Notes: generated from the letters alone by a model not told the origin. A stretch of DNA of 41,676 nt from an uncultured Actinomycetes bacterium (GCA_963755025.1 CAVWIH010000007.1:1-41676), one strand, 5' to 3'; counted from the first letter of the stretch, positions 29,863 to 39,983 are shown. Numbers and translations: made by a program.

Positions 29863-31560
29863 ATGCGCGCAAGTCAGCTGCTGCTTCCCACAGTCAAAGA
29901 AGACCCGGCCGGCGCCGAGGCCGCCAGCCACAAGCTCATGGTGCGAGCCGGCCTCATCCGCCAGCTCGCCGCGGGGGTCTACGTGTTCCTGCCGGCCGGC
30001 TGGCGGGTCATGCGCAAGATCGAGGCCGTCATCCGCGAGGAGATGGAGGCGATCGGCTGCCAGGAGATGCTCTACCCCGTGATCAACCCCGCCGAGATCT
30101 GGCAGCAGTCCGGGCGCTGGGACGCCATCGGCGACGAGCTGTTCCGCTTCAAGGACCGCAAAGGCACCGACATGGTGCTGGCCATGACCCACGAAGAGGT
30201 CGTCACCTGGCTGGCGGCGCACGAGGTGCACTCGTACAAGCAGCTCCCCCAGCTCTGGTTCCACATCCAGACCAAGGAGCGCGACGAGGCGCGGCCCAAG
30301 AGCGGCCTGCTGCGCACGCGCGAGTTCATCATGAAGGACTCCTACAGCCTCGACGTCGACTTCGACGCCCTGCAGGTGAGCTACGACAGGCACATCGCCG
30401 CCTACGACCGCATCTTCGCGCGCTGCGGCCTCGACGTGAAACGCGTGCTCTCCGACCCCGGCATGATGGGCGGCAAGATCGCTCACGAGTACATGGCGCC
30501 CAGCGAGGCCGGCGAAGACGAGATCGTGTTCTGCCCCGCCTGCGGCTACGCCGCCAACGTCGAGCTCGCCGAGGCGGGCGCCGACGCCGACCTCGCGCCC
30601 GCCGCGGCGGGGAGTGGGAGCGACCGCCGCGAGATCCACACGCCCGACCAGCGCACCATCGACGACGTCGCTGAGTTCCTCGCCGTGACGCCGCGCGAGC
30701 TCGTCAAGTCGCTCGTCGTCATGAGCGCCGACCGCGGCGCGCTGCTCGTGCTTTTGCGCGGCGACCACGACCTCCACGAAGCCAAGCTGCGGCGCATCGT
30801 CGGCGAGTTCCGGCTGGCCACGCCCGACGAGGTGCTCGAAGCCCAGGGCGTGCTGCCCGGCTTCGTCGGCCCCGTCGGCACCAAGCTGCCCGTGCTGGGC
30901 GACGAGACCCTGCGCGGCGGCACCTACACGGGCGGCGCCAACAAGCCCGACTACCACCTGGCCGGCATCGCCGCCGACGAGGTGATCGGCGAGTACTACG
31001 ACCTGCGCATGGTGCGCGGTGGCGACCCCTGCCCCGCGTGCGGCCACGCCCTGGTGGGCGAGCGCGTGATCGAGGTGGGCAACATCTTCCAGCTCGGCGC
31101 CAAGTACTCCGGCCCCATGGGGGCCACCTACTTAGACGAGCAGGGCAAAGAGCACGACATCGTGATGGGCTGCTACGGCATCGGCCTCTCGCGCATCGCC
31201 GCGGCGGCCGTCGAGCAGCACCACGACGAGCACGGCATCTGCTGGCCGGCGGGCATCGCGCCCTTCCAGGTGCACCTGGTCGTGGTGCGCGTCGCCGACC
31301 CGGTGCAGGCCGCCCTCGGCGACGAGCTCTACGCCGCCTTGCGCGACGGCGGTCTCGAAGTGCTCTTCGACGACCGCGAGCTCTCGCCCGGCATCAAGTT
31401 CAAAGACGCCGACCTGCTGGGCTGCCCGGTGCAGGTGGTGGTCGGCAAACGCGCGGCCGAGCGCGTCGTCGAGGTCAAGCCGCGCGTCTCGGGTGCCCGG
31501 GCCGACGTCGCCGTGGCCGACCTCGCCGCAGCCGTCACCGCCGCCCTATCCGCATCGTAA
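29863..31560 (+). CDS. proS: Prolyl-tRNA synthetase with editing domain
   Basis: MRASQLLLPTVKEDP, SHKLMVRAGLIRQ, RDEARPKSGLLRTREFIMKDSYS, IEVGNIFQLGAKYS, MGCYGIG. Confidence 0.97.
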   Translation: MRASQLLLPTVKEDPAGAEAASHKLMVRAGLIRQLAAGVYVFLPAGWRVMRKIEAVIREEMEAIGCQEMLYPVINPAEIWQQSGRWDAIGDELFRFKDRKGTDMVLAMTHEEVVTWLAAHEVHSYKQLPQLWFHIQTKERDEARPKSGLLRTREFIMKDSYSLDVDFDALQVSYDRHIAAYDRIFARCGLDVKRVLSDPGMMGGKIAHEYMAPSEAGEDEIVFCPACGYAANVELAEAGADADLAPAAAGSGSDRREIHTPDQRTIDDVAEFLAVTPRELVKSLVVMSADRGALLVLLRGDHDLHEAKLRRIVGEFRLATPDEVLEAQGVLPGFVGPVGTKLPVLGDETLRGGTYTGGANKPDYHLAGIAADEVIGEYYDLRMVRGGDPCPACGHALVGERVIEVGNIFQLGAKYSGPMGATYLDEQGKEHDIVMGCYGIGLSRIAAAAVEQHHDEHGICWPAGIAPFQVHLVVVRVADPVQAALGDELYAALRDGGLEVLFDDRELSPGIKFKDADLLGCPVQVVVGKRAAERVVEVKPRVSGARADVAVADLAAAVTAALSAS

Positions 31561-31665
31561 CCGCATCGTTCCAGCGATAACTGTCGCGGCGCTCCGTACT
31601 GCCGTACGGGCAGGCCGAGCGGCGCCGCGTTGTCAGGACTGGCGACAAAAGGCCGGGTCTGCCGC

Positions 31666-31693
31666 TCAAGTTAGCGTCGTCTTTGGGCGATAA
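31666..31693 (+). promoter_or_regulatory. Putative sigma-28 promoter of the XRE gene
   Basis: TCAAG-N15-GGCGATAA, 11 nt before ATG 31705. Confidence 0.55.
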
Positions 31694-31704
31694 CGTTAAG
31701 CGAA

Positions 31705-32124
31705 ATGCAGACTATGCTCAAAGCTACTCGGCCGCGGTACACACGCGAACGCTTTCAGGCTGCCCTCAAGGGGCTCATGGAGGAGCGTCACCTGAGCTAC
31801 CGCCAGCTCGCCTACAAGACGCAGCTGTCGGCCGGCTACCTCAACCACCTCACCAAGGGCACGAGGCCCGTACCGGCCGATCCCGTCATTCGCACCATCG
31901 CCACCTCGCTCTGCGTCGAACCCGACTTCTTCCTCGAGTTCCGGCTGCGCCAGGTGGCCGACGTCCTCGACGCCTCGACCCAGCTGATCGACGCGCTCTA
32001 CAGCGTCCTGCTGCTGCACACGCCGGTCTCCGACGACATGAAGGCCATGCTCGAGCGTCCCGCCAACGGCAACGGTAACGGCAACGGTCACGGCGAGCCG
32101 CGTTCGCAGGTGCTCGCGGTCTGA
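31705..32124 (+). CDS. XRE/Cro-C1 helix-turn-helix regulator
   Basis: ALKGLMEERHLSYRQLAYKTQLSAGYLNHLTKGTRPVP...IATSLCVEPDFF. Confidence 0.85.
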   Translation: MQTMLKATRPRYTRERFQAALKGLMEERHLSYRQLAYKTQLSAGYLNHLTKGTRPVPADPVIRTIATSLCVEPDFFLEFRLRQVADVLDASTQLIDALYSVLLLHTPVSDDMKAMLERPANGNGNGNGHGEPRSQVLAV

Positions 32125-32152
32125 CCCCCGACGACACTTCGCGTGCTCCCCG

Positions 32153-32178
32153 CGACCGGCACAAACCGGTCGTTTTTC
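32153..32178 (+). terminator. Intrinsic terminator
   Basis: CGACCGG-cacaaa-CCGGTCG followed by TTTTT. Confidence 0.75.
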
Positions 32179-32354
32179 GTTGTGCCGCCGGCCCTCGGTC
32201 GCCACGCAGCTCACGCTCCGGTCCATGGCGCCGCGGCGTTCCCGTTGGCAGACTGAGGCCCTGCTTTGGCCGACGACGGTCGGCGAGTCCAGACAATGGA
32301 GGAGCGAAGCGATGAAGATGCCGAGGAGTAAGAAGCTCGTTTGTCGGCATCACT

Positions 32355-33164
32355 GTGGCCGTCTGGATAGTGGTCTGCGCGCTGGCCGCCCTGGCGGCGG
32401 TGTTCGTCGACGGAGCGGTCGCGGCCGTCATCGTCGGCACGGCCGTCTGCGTATCGACGGCCCTCTACCTCTACCGCCGCCTGCTCAAGCGCATCATGAC
32501 CACGCTCAAAGACGGTCGCGCCTACAGCGAGCGACGCACCGAGGCGCTGTTCAGCCTCCACGAACTCTGTCGCCCGACTGTGGCGCTGCCGTTCCTGCGG
32601 GGCTGGGCGGCCACCCCCGACTTCGTCCTCGACGTCATCCTGCGCGCCCAGCGCTTTGCCGAACCGACGATCGTCGAGTGCGGCTCCGGCGTGTCTACGC
32701 TCTGGCTTGGCCTGTGGCTGCAGCGGCGGGGCCAGGGGCGCCTCGTGTCGCTCGAACACGACGGGCCGCATGCCGACCACATCCGCGAACTCGTAGCCGA
32801 GGCCGGCGCTCAGCAATTTGTCGAGGTCGTCCACGCGCCGCTCGTCGACCACACCATCGGCGGCACCAACTGGAGCTGGTACAGCCTCGACGCGGTGCCC
32901 GACATCCCCATCGACGTGCTTATCGTCGACGGCCCGCCCAATTGGATCCATCCTCAGGTGCGTTTTCCGGCCGTGCCGCTGCTCGACTCCCGCCTGACGT
33001 CGCGCAGTGTCGTGTTCTTGCACGACACCGGCCGACCGGGGGAGCAACGCGTGCTGGCCGACTGGCTCGCGTCACACCCGCAGTGGCATGCCGAGAAGAT
33101 CGACACCGAAAAGGGTGGCGCCGTCGTGACCAGCGCCCCCGTCGGCTCGGCCGTCGGGGGCTGA
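32355..33164 (+). CDS. Membrane-anchored class I SAM-dependent methyltransferase; true start may be 32312 with an indel near 32340
   Basis: N-terminal TMs; IVECGSGVST, LVSLEHD, IDVLIVDGPP, FLHDTGR; GGAGG precedes ATG 32312. Confidence 0.8.
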   Translation: MAVWIVVCALAALAAVFVDGAVAAVIVGTAVCVSTALYLYRRLLKRIMTTLKDGRAYSERRTEALFSLHELCRPTVALPFLRGWAATPDFVLDVILRAQRFAEPTIVECGSGVSTLWLGLWLQRRGQGRLVSLEHDGPHADHIRELVAEAGAQQFVEVVHAPLVDHTIGGTNWSWYSLDAVPDIPIDVLIVDGPPNWIHPQVRFPAVPLLDSRLTSRSVVFLHDTGRPGEQRVLADWLASHPQWHAEKIDTEKGGAVVTSAPVGSAVGG

Positions 33165-33354
33165 CGGGCGGACCCCTGCCGGGCGCCGGTCGCCTGGTCC
33201 TGAGAGATAGAGCGTGCGCCGCCGGGCCGACGCACGGTGGCGCGCAGGAGCAGGGCACAGGTTTGCGGGCCGAGAGGACCGGCCGGGCCGGCAAAGATCT
33301 TCCTGGGGCGCTCGGCGGTCGCTGACGAGTCGTGGGCGCCGGAGGGGGAGAGGT

Positions 33355-33432
33355 TGGTCGGCGTGGCCAGATTCGAACTGGCGACCCCTAGTCCCCCAGA
33401 CTAGTGCGCTAACCAGGCTGCGCCACACGCCG
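33355..33432 (-). tRNA. tRNA-Pro (GGG)
   Basis: Minus strand CGGCGTGTGGCGCAGCCTGGTTAGCGCACTAGTCTGGGGGACTAGGGGTCGCCAGTTCGAATCTGGCCACGCCGACCA: cloverleaf, TTCGAAT T-loop, anticodon GGG, encoded CCA. Confidence 0.97.
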
Positions 33433-33449
33433 ACCGCAATCGAGGCCGT

Positions 33450-33460
33450 AGTGTAGCACA
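33450..33460 (-). promoter_or_regulatory. Extended -10 promoter of tRNA-Pro
   Basis: Minus strand TGTG-C-TACACT, about 18 nt before the tRNA 5' end. Confidence 0.6.
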
Positions 33461-33570
33461 TCGGCTGGGGGCTCCGGCACCCGTGTGAGCCTGCGCTACG
33501 TACGATCGGCGGCCGCGAGCGACAGGGCGCCGCCCGGTGTGCGGCAGGGCGCTGCGCCGCGTGCAGCAAG

Positions 33571-33650
33571 CCGCCGCGCCCACGTGAGCTTACCGCCGCA
33601 ACCCCCACGTGAGCTTACCGCCGCGACCCCCACGTGCGCTTACCGCCGCC
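33571..33650. repeat. Three 25-bp tandem repeats
   Basis: CCCACGTG(A/C)GCTTACCGCCGC with CACGTG at 33581, 33606 and 33631. Confidence 0.92.
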
Positions 33651-33679
33651 GCGCCCGCTGTCCTGTACACTACGGTGCG

Positions 33680-34234
33680 ATGTCGCGTCGCATGATCCCC
33701 AATGCCATCACCATCGCGCGGTTGTCGTGCCTGCCGCTCTTTCTCTGGGTATACAGCCTGAGCGCGCCGGCCGCGAGCTGGCCGGCAGCCATCATCGTGC
33801 TCGTGCTCGCGCTCTCCGACGTGCTCGACGGCTGGCTCGCGCGGCGCTACGGCTGGCAGACCGAGCTCGGCCGCGTGCTCGACCCGGTGACCGACCGCAT
33901 CCTCTTTCTCTTCCTGGTCGGCGCCCTGCTGCTGTTCGGCGTGCTGCCGTGGTGGGCGGTCGTGCCGCTCATCGTGCGCGACGCGCTCATGCTGGCCGGC
34001 TCCGCGCTCATGCTGCTCCAGTTCAACGAGAAGCCGCGCATCATGAGGGGCGGGCGCCTGGCCAACTTCACGCTCGTGTGCGGCATCCAGTTCTTCATCA
34101 TCGACACGCGCCGCATCGCCTGGCCCGTCTACAGCGTGGGCGCCGCGCTCTACCTCGTCGCCGGCTTCCGCTACATCTGGCGCGAGGTGCTGCGCTGGCG
34201 ACAGGCCCGGCCGAGCTCGGCGGCGGCTTCCTGA
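33680..34234 (+). CDS. CDP-alcohol phosphatidyltransferase (PgsA-like)
   Basis: [38 protein letters not shown]; TACACT at 33666 suggests a leaderless mRNA. Confidence 0.9.
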   Translation: MSRRMIPNAITIARLSCLPLFLWVYSLSAPAASWPAAIIVLVLALSDVLDGWLARRYGWQTELGRVLDPVTDRILFLFLVGALLLFGVLPWWAVVPLIVRDALMLAGSALMLLQFNEKPRIMRGGRLANFTLVCGIQFFIIDTRRIAWPVYSVGAALYLVAGFRYIWREVLRWRQARPSSAAAS

Positions 34235-34439
34235 CGCGAAGCCCCGTGGATACCGCCGCAAGGCACGAGTCACACGCGCCTCGCACACACCCGCGGCGCC
34301 CGCCGCTCACGCCCGCAGCGCCTGCGACTCACGAACGGCTCACGCACGGCTCACGCCCGTGGCGCGCCGATGTTCTCTGGTACTATCAGCGCATGGTGAG
34401 CGAGCCACAAGCGCTCTACAGCCGACCGATCGGAGCACG

Positions 34440-36956
34440 GTGCGCGCGGTCGTGATGGCCGGGGGAGAGGGCACGCGCCTGCGGCCCCTCACCAGCAACC
34501 AGCCCAAGCCGATGGTCTCGGTCGCCAACAAGCCGTGCATGGAGCACATCATCGAGCTGCTCAAGCGCCACGGCATCGAAGACATCGTGGTCACCCTCGC
34601 CTTCTTGCCCAAGGCCATCCGCGACTACTTCGGCGACGGCAGCGCGCTGGGCGTCAACATCAACTACTCGGTCGAGCAGGTGCCGCTGGGCACCGCGGGC
34701 AGCGTGAAGAACGCCGAAGAGCTGCTCGGCGAGCGTTTCATCGTGATCTCGGGCGACGCCCTCACCGACTTCGACCTCACGACCGTGGTGGCCGAGCACG
34801 AGCGCCGCGGCGCCATGGTCACGATCGTCTTGAAGCACGTCGAGAACCCGCTCGAGTTCGGCGTCGTCGTGGTGAACGACGAAGGCCGGGTCGAGCGCTT
34901 CCTCGAAAAGCCGACCTGGGGGCAGGTGTTCTCGGACACCGTCAACACCGGCATCTACGTGCTCGAGCCCGAGGTCTTCAACTACATCCCCGCAGGCCAG
35001 CCCTACGACTTCAGCCAGGAGCTGTTCCCCAAGCTGTTCGAGCTCGGCAAGCCGCTCTTCGGCACCATCGCCGACGGCTACTGGCAAGACATCGGCAGCC
35101 TCAGCCAGTACCTGGCCGCCAACCGCGACGTGCTCGACGGCAAGGTGCAGACCTCCATTCCGGGCATCCGCCTCGAGAACAACATCTACATCGGCGAGAA
35201 CGTCAGCATAGAGTCGCTCGAGCACGTGACGGGCCCGGCGGTCATAGGTAACTACGCCAAGATCGACCGCAACGCGCGCATCGGCGCCTACACGGTGATG
35301 GGCAGCAACGTGGTCGTCAAAGACCACGCCGAGACGCGCTTCAGCGTGATCGACGCCAACACCTACATCGGCTCGGGCACCAAGGTCTACGGCGCCATCC
35401 TCGGCAAGAACTGCGACGTCAAGCCGGGCGCGACCATCAGCGAGGGCGCCGCCATAGGCGACGAGTGCGTGATCGGCGAGCAGGCCTACATAGCCCCCGA
35501 CGTCAAGATCTACCCGTTCAAGACCGTCGAGTCGGGCGCCCAGGTCAACTCGAGCATCATCTGGGAGTCGCGCGGCACGGCGCAGCTCTTCGGCAAAGAC
35601 GGCGTGGTGGGGCTCATCAACGTCGACATCACGGCCGAGCTCGGCCTCAAGCTGGCGCTGGCCTACGGCACCACGCTGCCCAAGGGCGCCAAGGTGGTCA
35701 CCAGCCGCGACGCCCACCCGGCCTCGCGGGTCATCAAGCGCGCCATCATCAGCGGCCTCAACTCGACCGGCGTCGACGTGCGCGACCTGCGCGTGAGCTC
35801 GGCGGCGGTCAACCGCTTCGAGATCAAGGGCGGCAACGCGGCCGGCGGCATCCACGTGCGCATCTCGAGCTGGGACCCCGAGGTCATTCAGATCCAGGTC
35901 TTCGAGCCGCCCGGCATACCGGTCAGCGAGAAGACCCAGAAGAACATCGAGAAGTACTACGGCCGCCAGGACTTTCGCCGCGCCTTCTACACCGAGATGG
36001 GCCGCATCCACTTTCCCGACAGGGCTCACGAAACGTACATGCGCGGCCTCACCAAGTCGTGGGACACCGAGCTCATCCGCTCGCGCGCCTACCGCCTGGT
36101 GATCGACTACTCCTACTCGCCGGTGGCGCTCGTGCTGCCCCTCGTGCTGCCCTACCTGAACGCCGAGGTCATCTCGCTGCACGCCTTCACCGACGAGCAG
36201 AAGACGACCGTGGCGCCGAGCGAGCTGGGCGTCAACATCGCCGACGTCCAGCGCCTGGTCAAGGTGATGGGCGCCGACCTCGGCGCGGTCATCGACCCCG
36301 GCGCCGAGCGCCTCTACCTGGTCGACGAGCTCGGCCAGGAGATCCCGCTCGAGAAGGCGCTGCTGCTCTTCGTGCGGCTCGTGGCCGCCCGGCTGCCCCA
36401 GGGCCGCACCATCGCGCTGCCGCTCACCGTCACGCGCCTGGCCGAGCAGATGGCGGCGCCCTTCGGCATCGAGATCGAACGCACCAAGGTCTCGCTGCCG
36501 GCCCTCATGGAGGCCTCGACCGCCGACAACGTGGCCTTCGCCGGAGCCATCGGCGGCGGCTACATCTTCCCCGAGTTCCTGCCCGCCTTCGACGCCCTCA
36601 TGAGCCTCGGCAAGCTGCTCGAGCTGCTGGCGCCCAGCGCCGTGCCGCTCTCCGAGCAGGTCGCCCAGATCCCCTCGAGCACGCTCGTCCACAAGACGGT
36701 GGGCTGTCCCTGGTCGCTCAAGGGCACCGTCATGCGCACCGTCACCGAGGAGCTGCAGCGCAGCGACGGCCACGACCTCAGCCTGCTCGACGGCATCAAG
36801 GTCTTCTACCCGGGCGGCTGGGCGCAGATCCTGCCCGACGCCGACGAGGCGCTGTTCCACGTCTACGCCGAGGGCGTCGACCCCGACGCCTCCGAGCAGA
36901 TGGCCGAGGGCTTCGTGGGCAAGGTCCGCGCGGTGATCGCCGCCAAGACCGGCTAG
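34440..36956 (+). CDS. Mannose-1-phosphate guanylyltransferase fused to LbH and phosphomannomutase-like domains
   Basis: [16 protein letters not shown]...[29 protein letters not shown], hexapeptide region, [12 protein letters not shown]-like C-terminal half. Confidence 0.88.
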   Translation: MRAVVMAGGEGTRLRPLTSNQPKPMVSVANKPCMEHIIELLKRHGIEDIVVTLAFLPKAIRDYFGDGSALGVNINYSVEQVPLGTAGSVKNAEELLGERFIVISGDALTDFDLTTVVAEHERRGAMVTIVLKHVENPLEFGVVVVNDEGRVERFLEKPTWGQVFSDTVNTGIYVLEPEVFNYIPAGQPYDFSQELFPKLFELGKPLFGTIADGYWQDIGSLSQYLAANRDVLDGKVQTSIPGIRLENNIYIGENVSIESLEHVTGPAVIGNYAKIDRNARIGAYTVMGSNVVVKDHAETRFSVIDANTYIGSGTKVYGAILGKNCDVKPGATISEGAAIGDECVIGEQAYIAPDVKIYPFKTVESGAQVNSSIIWESRGTAQLFGKDGVVGLINVDITAELGLKLALAYGTTLPKGAKVVTSRDAHPASRVIKRAIISGLNSTGVDVRDLRVSSAAVNRFEIKGGNAAGGIHVRISSWDPEVIQIQVFEPPGIPVSEKTQKNIEKYYGRQDFRRAFYTEMGRIHFPDRAHETYMRGLTKSWDTELIRSRAYRLVIDYSYSPVALVLPLVLPYLNAEVISLHAFTDEQKTTVAPSELGVNIADVQRLVKVMGADLGAVIDPGAERLYLVDELGQEIPLEKALLLFVRLVAARLPQGRTIALPLTVTRLAEQMAAPFGIEIERTKVSLPALMEASTADNVAFAGAIGGGYIFPEFLPAFDALMSLGKLLELLAPSAVPLSEQVAQIPSSTLVHKTVGCPWSLKGTVMRTVTEELQRSDGHDLSLLDGIKVFYPGGWAQILPDADEALFHVYAEGVDPDASEQMAEGFVGKVRAVIAAKTG

Positions 36957-36986
36957 CCTGCCCCCGCCCTCGCGGACCGCCGGCGG

Positions 36987-37013
36987 TCAAGGCCTGCGCG
37001 GAGCGTCCGATAC
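36987..37013 (+). promoter_or_regulatory. Putative sigma-28 promoter upstream of the VanW gene
   Basis: TCAAG-N14-TCCGATAC. Confidence 0.4.
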
Positions 37014-37053
37014 ATACCTGAGCGGGCTCATTTCCAAGGAAACCGCGCGTCGC

Positions 37054-38868
37054 GTGGTGAACCCTGTGACGACGCCGGCCCGTGCCCGGCCGACCGACGT
37101 GAACGGATCTCTCGAAACGACAGTCGCTCCACCAGGCCCCGTCGCGCGGCGACGGCGGCGGGCGCTCGCCGCCGCGAGCGTGGCGCTCGGTGTCGTCGTG
37201 GTGGCGCTCGTCGCGGGCGCCGTGGTCCAGGTGCTGCTCTACGGCCGCGTGCCCTACGGGGTGACGGCGGGCGGCGTGAGCCTCTCCGGCGACCACCCCG
37301 CCCAGGCCCGCGCCGCGCTCTCGCGCGAGCTCGCGGCAGGCGACCTGGCGAGCGTCGTCATCGGCACGAGGCAGGGTCCGCTCAAGCTCACGCTGGCCCA
37401 GCTCGGCATCTCGGTCGACGTCGCGGCGACGGCCCGCCAGGCGGCGGCGCGCGGCCGCCACGACGTGCTCGGCCTGCGCCTCTGGACAGGCGGCGGCGGC
37501 GCGGTCGCGCCCGTCGTGCGCTTCGACGGCGCCGCCTACCTGGCCGCCCTGCAGAAGATCGCGCCGGCCGCGGCGAGCGCGCCGCGCGACGCCACGCTGG
37601 CCCTGGCCGGCGACACCATCGCCGTGCGCCCTTCGGCCACGGGCCTCGCCATCGACGCGGCGCGCCTCAAGGCGCAGGTCATGGCCGCGCTCGCGGGCTG
37701 GCGGCGTTTCACCGGGACCGTGCCCCTCATGGTCGCCCAGCCCACCGTCGACACGGCTGCCGCCCAGACGGCCGCCGCCCAGGCCGACGCCTACCTCGCT
37801 ACGCCGCTGTACCTGCGCTTTCGCGGCCGCGAGATCGTCTTGAGCCCGGCCCGCATGGCGACCATGCTCTCGGTCAACACGGGCGCCGACGCCACGACCA
37901 CGCCGCTCACCTTCGACAACCCCCGGGGACGCGCCGCCCTGCTGCACCTGTTCGCCTTCGTCGAGGAGCCGGCGGTCAACGCCACGGCGGTCCTCAAGGG
38001 CAAGCAGGTGCAGATCAAGCCCAGCAGGGCGGGCTTCGGGCTCGACATGCCGCGCCTGCTGTCCGACATGGACTACGTGGCCAGCCAGCCGGGGCTGCGC
38101 CAGGTCGTAGTGCCGCTGACCGTGCTCGAACCCACCATGACGACCGATCAGCTCACGGCCCTCGGGATCGACGGCCTCGGCTCGCAGTTCACGACCTACT
38201 TCGACCCCGACAACAAGGCACGCACGCAGAACATCACCCAGGCCGCGAAGCTCGTCGACGGCACCATCATCAAGTCCGGCGCCGTCTTCTCGCTGAACGA
38301 CACGCTCGGACCGCGCACCCTGAACCGCGGCTTCGACTACGCTCCCGTCATCGACGACGGCGTGCTGCGCCCGGGAGTGGGGGGTGGGCTCTGCCAGTTC
38401 GCCACCACGCTCTTCAACGCCGCCTTCCTGGCCGGGCTGCCGATCGTCGAGCGCCACCCCCACGACTTCTACATCGATCACTACCCGATCGGCCGCGACG
38501 CCCAGGTCGCCTACGGCTCGCAGGACCTGCGCTTTCGCAACGACACCGGCCACGCCCTGCTGCTGCGTTGCTGGGCGGACGACGGGCAGGTGACCGTCGT
38601 CCTCGTAGGCAGCACCGGGCGCACGGTGACCTTCACCACGAGCGCGTTCTACGACATGCAGCCGTCGGGCACCTCGCGCAGCCACCCGCGCGTCATCACC
38701 GACGACACGCTGTCCAAGGGCATCGTCGTGTTCGAGCAGGGCTTCGACGGCCGCACGGTGCGCGTCGTGCGTACCGTCAGGCAGGGGGGCACGCTGTTGT
38801 CGCGCGACATCTTCGTCTCGACCTATGCGCCCAAGGACTGGATCAAGCGCATAGGGACGAAGGGCTAG
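37054..38868 (+). CDS. VanW-family envelope protein (TM anchor, PG-binding region, VanW, G5-like tail)
   Basis: RTQNITQAAKLVDGTII, FSLNDTLGPRT, GVGGGLCQFATTLFNAA, VERHPH, YPIGRDAQV, DLRFRNDT. Confidence 0.88.
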   Translation: MVNPVTTPARARPTDVNGSLETTVAPPGPVARRRRRALAAASVALGVVVVALVAGAVVQVLLYGRVPYGVTAGGVSLSGDHPAQARAALSRELAAGDLASVVIGTRQGPLKLTLAQLGISVDVAATARQAAARGRHDVLGLRLWTGGGGAVAPVVRFDGAAYLAALQKIAPAAASAPRDATLALAGDTIAVRPSATGLAIDAARLKAQVMAALAGWRRFTGTVPLMVAQPTVDTAAAQTAAAQADAYLATPLYLRFRGREIVLSPARMATMLSVNTGADATTTPLTFDNPRGRAALLHLFAFVEEPAVNATAVLKGKQVQIKPSRAGFGLDMPRLLSDMDYVASQPGLRQVVVPLTVLEPTMTTDQLTALGIDGLGSQFTTYFDPDNKARTQNITQAAKLVDGTIIKSGAVFSLNDTLGPRTLNRGFDYAPVIDDGVLRPGVGGGLCQFATTLFNAAFLAGLPIVERHPHDFYIDHYPIGRDAQVAYGSQDLRFRNDTGHALLLRCWADDGQVTVVLVGSTGRTVTFTTSAFYDMQPSGTSRSHPRVITDDTLSKGIVVFEQGFDGRTVRVVRTVRQGGTLLSRDIFVSTYAPKDWIKRIGTKG

Positions 38869-38902
38869 CGGGCTCGCCAGGCGGCCACCGGCGACGGCGG
38901 CC

Positions 38903-39481
38903 TCAGGCGGTCTTGGCGATGACCTGCTTGCAGACGATCTTGAGGGTCTCGAAGACACCCAGCCCGCTCACGGCGCAGGCCTCGATGACCGGCGACTGGG
39001 TGTGGTTGAGCAGCTCGTTCAAGTCTTCGACCGAGAAGATGTCGCTGAGGTCGCGCTTGTTCATCTGGATGACGAAGCCGAGCTTGCTCAGGTCGTCGCC
39101 CTGGGCCATGAGGTTGTCCCAGAGGTTGAGGTAGCTTTCGACGTTCTCGTCTAAGCGCGTGATCTGCGAGTCGGCCGCGAAGATGACGCCGTCGACGCCC
39201 TGCAGCACGAGCTTGCGGCTCGCGTTGTAGTAGCTCTGGCCCGGCACCGTGTAGAGGTGGAAGCGCGTCTGCATGCCCTTGACGGTGCCCAGGCTGAGGG
39301 GCAGGAAGTCGAAGTACAGGGTGCGCTCTTCTTCGGTGGCGATCGACACGAGCTTGCCGCGCGCCGAAGGGTTGATCTTGCGGTGGATGTACTGGATGTT
39401 GGTGGTCTTGCCGCAGAGCCCGCAGCCGTAGTAGACGATCTTGTAGTTGATCTCGCGGGCGGCGAAGTTGATCAGGGGCAT
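38903..39481 (-). CDS. mglA: MglA-like small Ras-family GTPase
   Basis: INFAAREINYKIVYYGCGLCGKTTN, ERTLYFDFLPL, FHLYTVPGQ, LQGVDGVIFAADSQ, NKRDL. Confidence 0.93.
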   Translation of the reverse strand: MPLINFAAREINYKIVYYGCGLCGKTTNIQYIHRKINPSARGKLVSIATEEERTLYFDFLPLSLGTVKGMQTRFHLYTVPGQSYYNASRKLVLQGVDGVIFAADSQITRLDENVESYLNLWDNLMAQGDDLSKLGFVIQMNKRDLSDIFSVEDLNELLNHTQSPVIEACAVSGLGVFETLKIVCKQVIAKTA

Positions 39482-39482
39482 A

Positions 39483-39983
39483 TCAGGGTTGTCCTTCGAG
39501 GTCGGCGAACAGGTCGTCGATCGCCTTGCCGGCGGTGACCTCGTAATCGGCGTCGACCGACAGCGCCTCGTTTTCTTCGTCGGAGCCCTCGAAGATGGGC
39601 CGCAGGACCTCGATGGCGCGCTGCGTGTAGAGGCGCACCTTGCCGACCTGGGTCTCGCGCCCGAAGGTGATGATGAGCAGGACCTGGTCGGATACCTGCG
39701 AGACGTGCAGGTTGGAGGTCTTGCCTTCGTGAAAGAGCAGCGTGAACTCTTTTTCGTCGAGGATGCTGGCGAGCTGCTGGGTGGCGGCGAACGAGCTCGC
39801 GGCCAGCGAGGCAAGCGACAGCGTCTCGGGGTGATAGTCGTCGGAGGCCGTGGTGATGGGCTGGCCCGATGTGGAGATCAGCGCGAGAAAGGTCGACCCG
39901 GTGACGTCTTTCAGCTTGCGCAGAAGGTCGTCGCAAAGGTCGAGCTGGCGATCGTTGATGACGAGGCCCTTGCGCTTCGCCAC
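39483..39983 (-). CDS. mglB: MglB roadblock/LC7 GTPase-activating protein
   Basis: AAGGAG RBS; ALISTSGQPI, SLASLAASSFAATQQLASILDEKEFTLLFHEG, VGKVRL; directly upstream of mglA. Confidence 0.9.
   Translation of the reverse strand: MAKRKGLVINDRQLDLCDDLLRKLKDVTGSTFLALISTSGQPITTASDDYHPETLSLASLAASSFAATQQLASILDEKEFTLLFHEGKTSNLHVSQVSDQVLLIITFGRETQVGKVRLYTQRAIEVLRPIFEGSDEENEALSVDADYEVTAGKAIDDLFADLEGQP

Noticed and set aside
34255-34360. CTCACG/CACAC-rich short repeats before the pyrophosphorylase promoter
   Set aside because: Irregular spacing and low complexity; cannot be distinguished from simple sequence.
36976-36989. Perfect palindrome GACCGCCGGCGGTC
   Set aside because: GC-rich palindrome with no U-tract or second copy; may be chance.
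5726-38958. Many long antisense or alternate-frame ORFs (e.g. 5726-7276, 7029-8513, 15175-16983, 34416-36860, 36796-38958)
   Set aside because: Shadow ORFs expected in high-GC DNA; they overlap well-supported genes and have no recognisable motifs.
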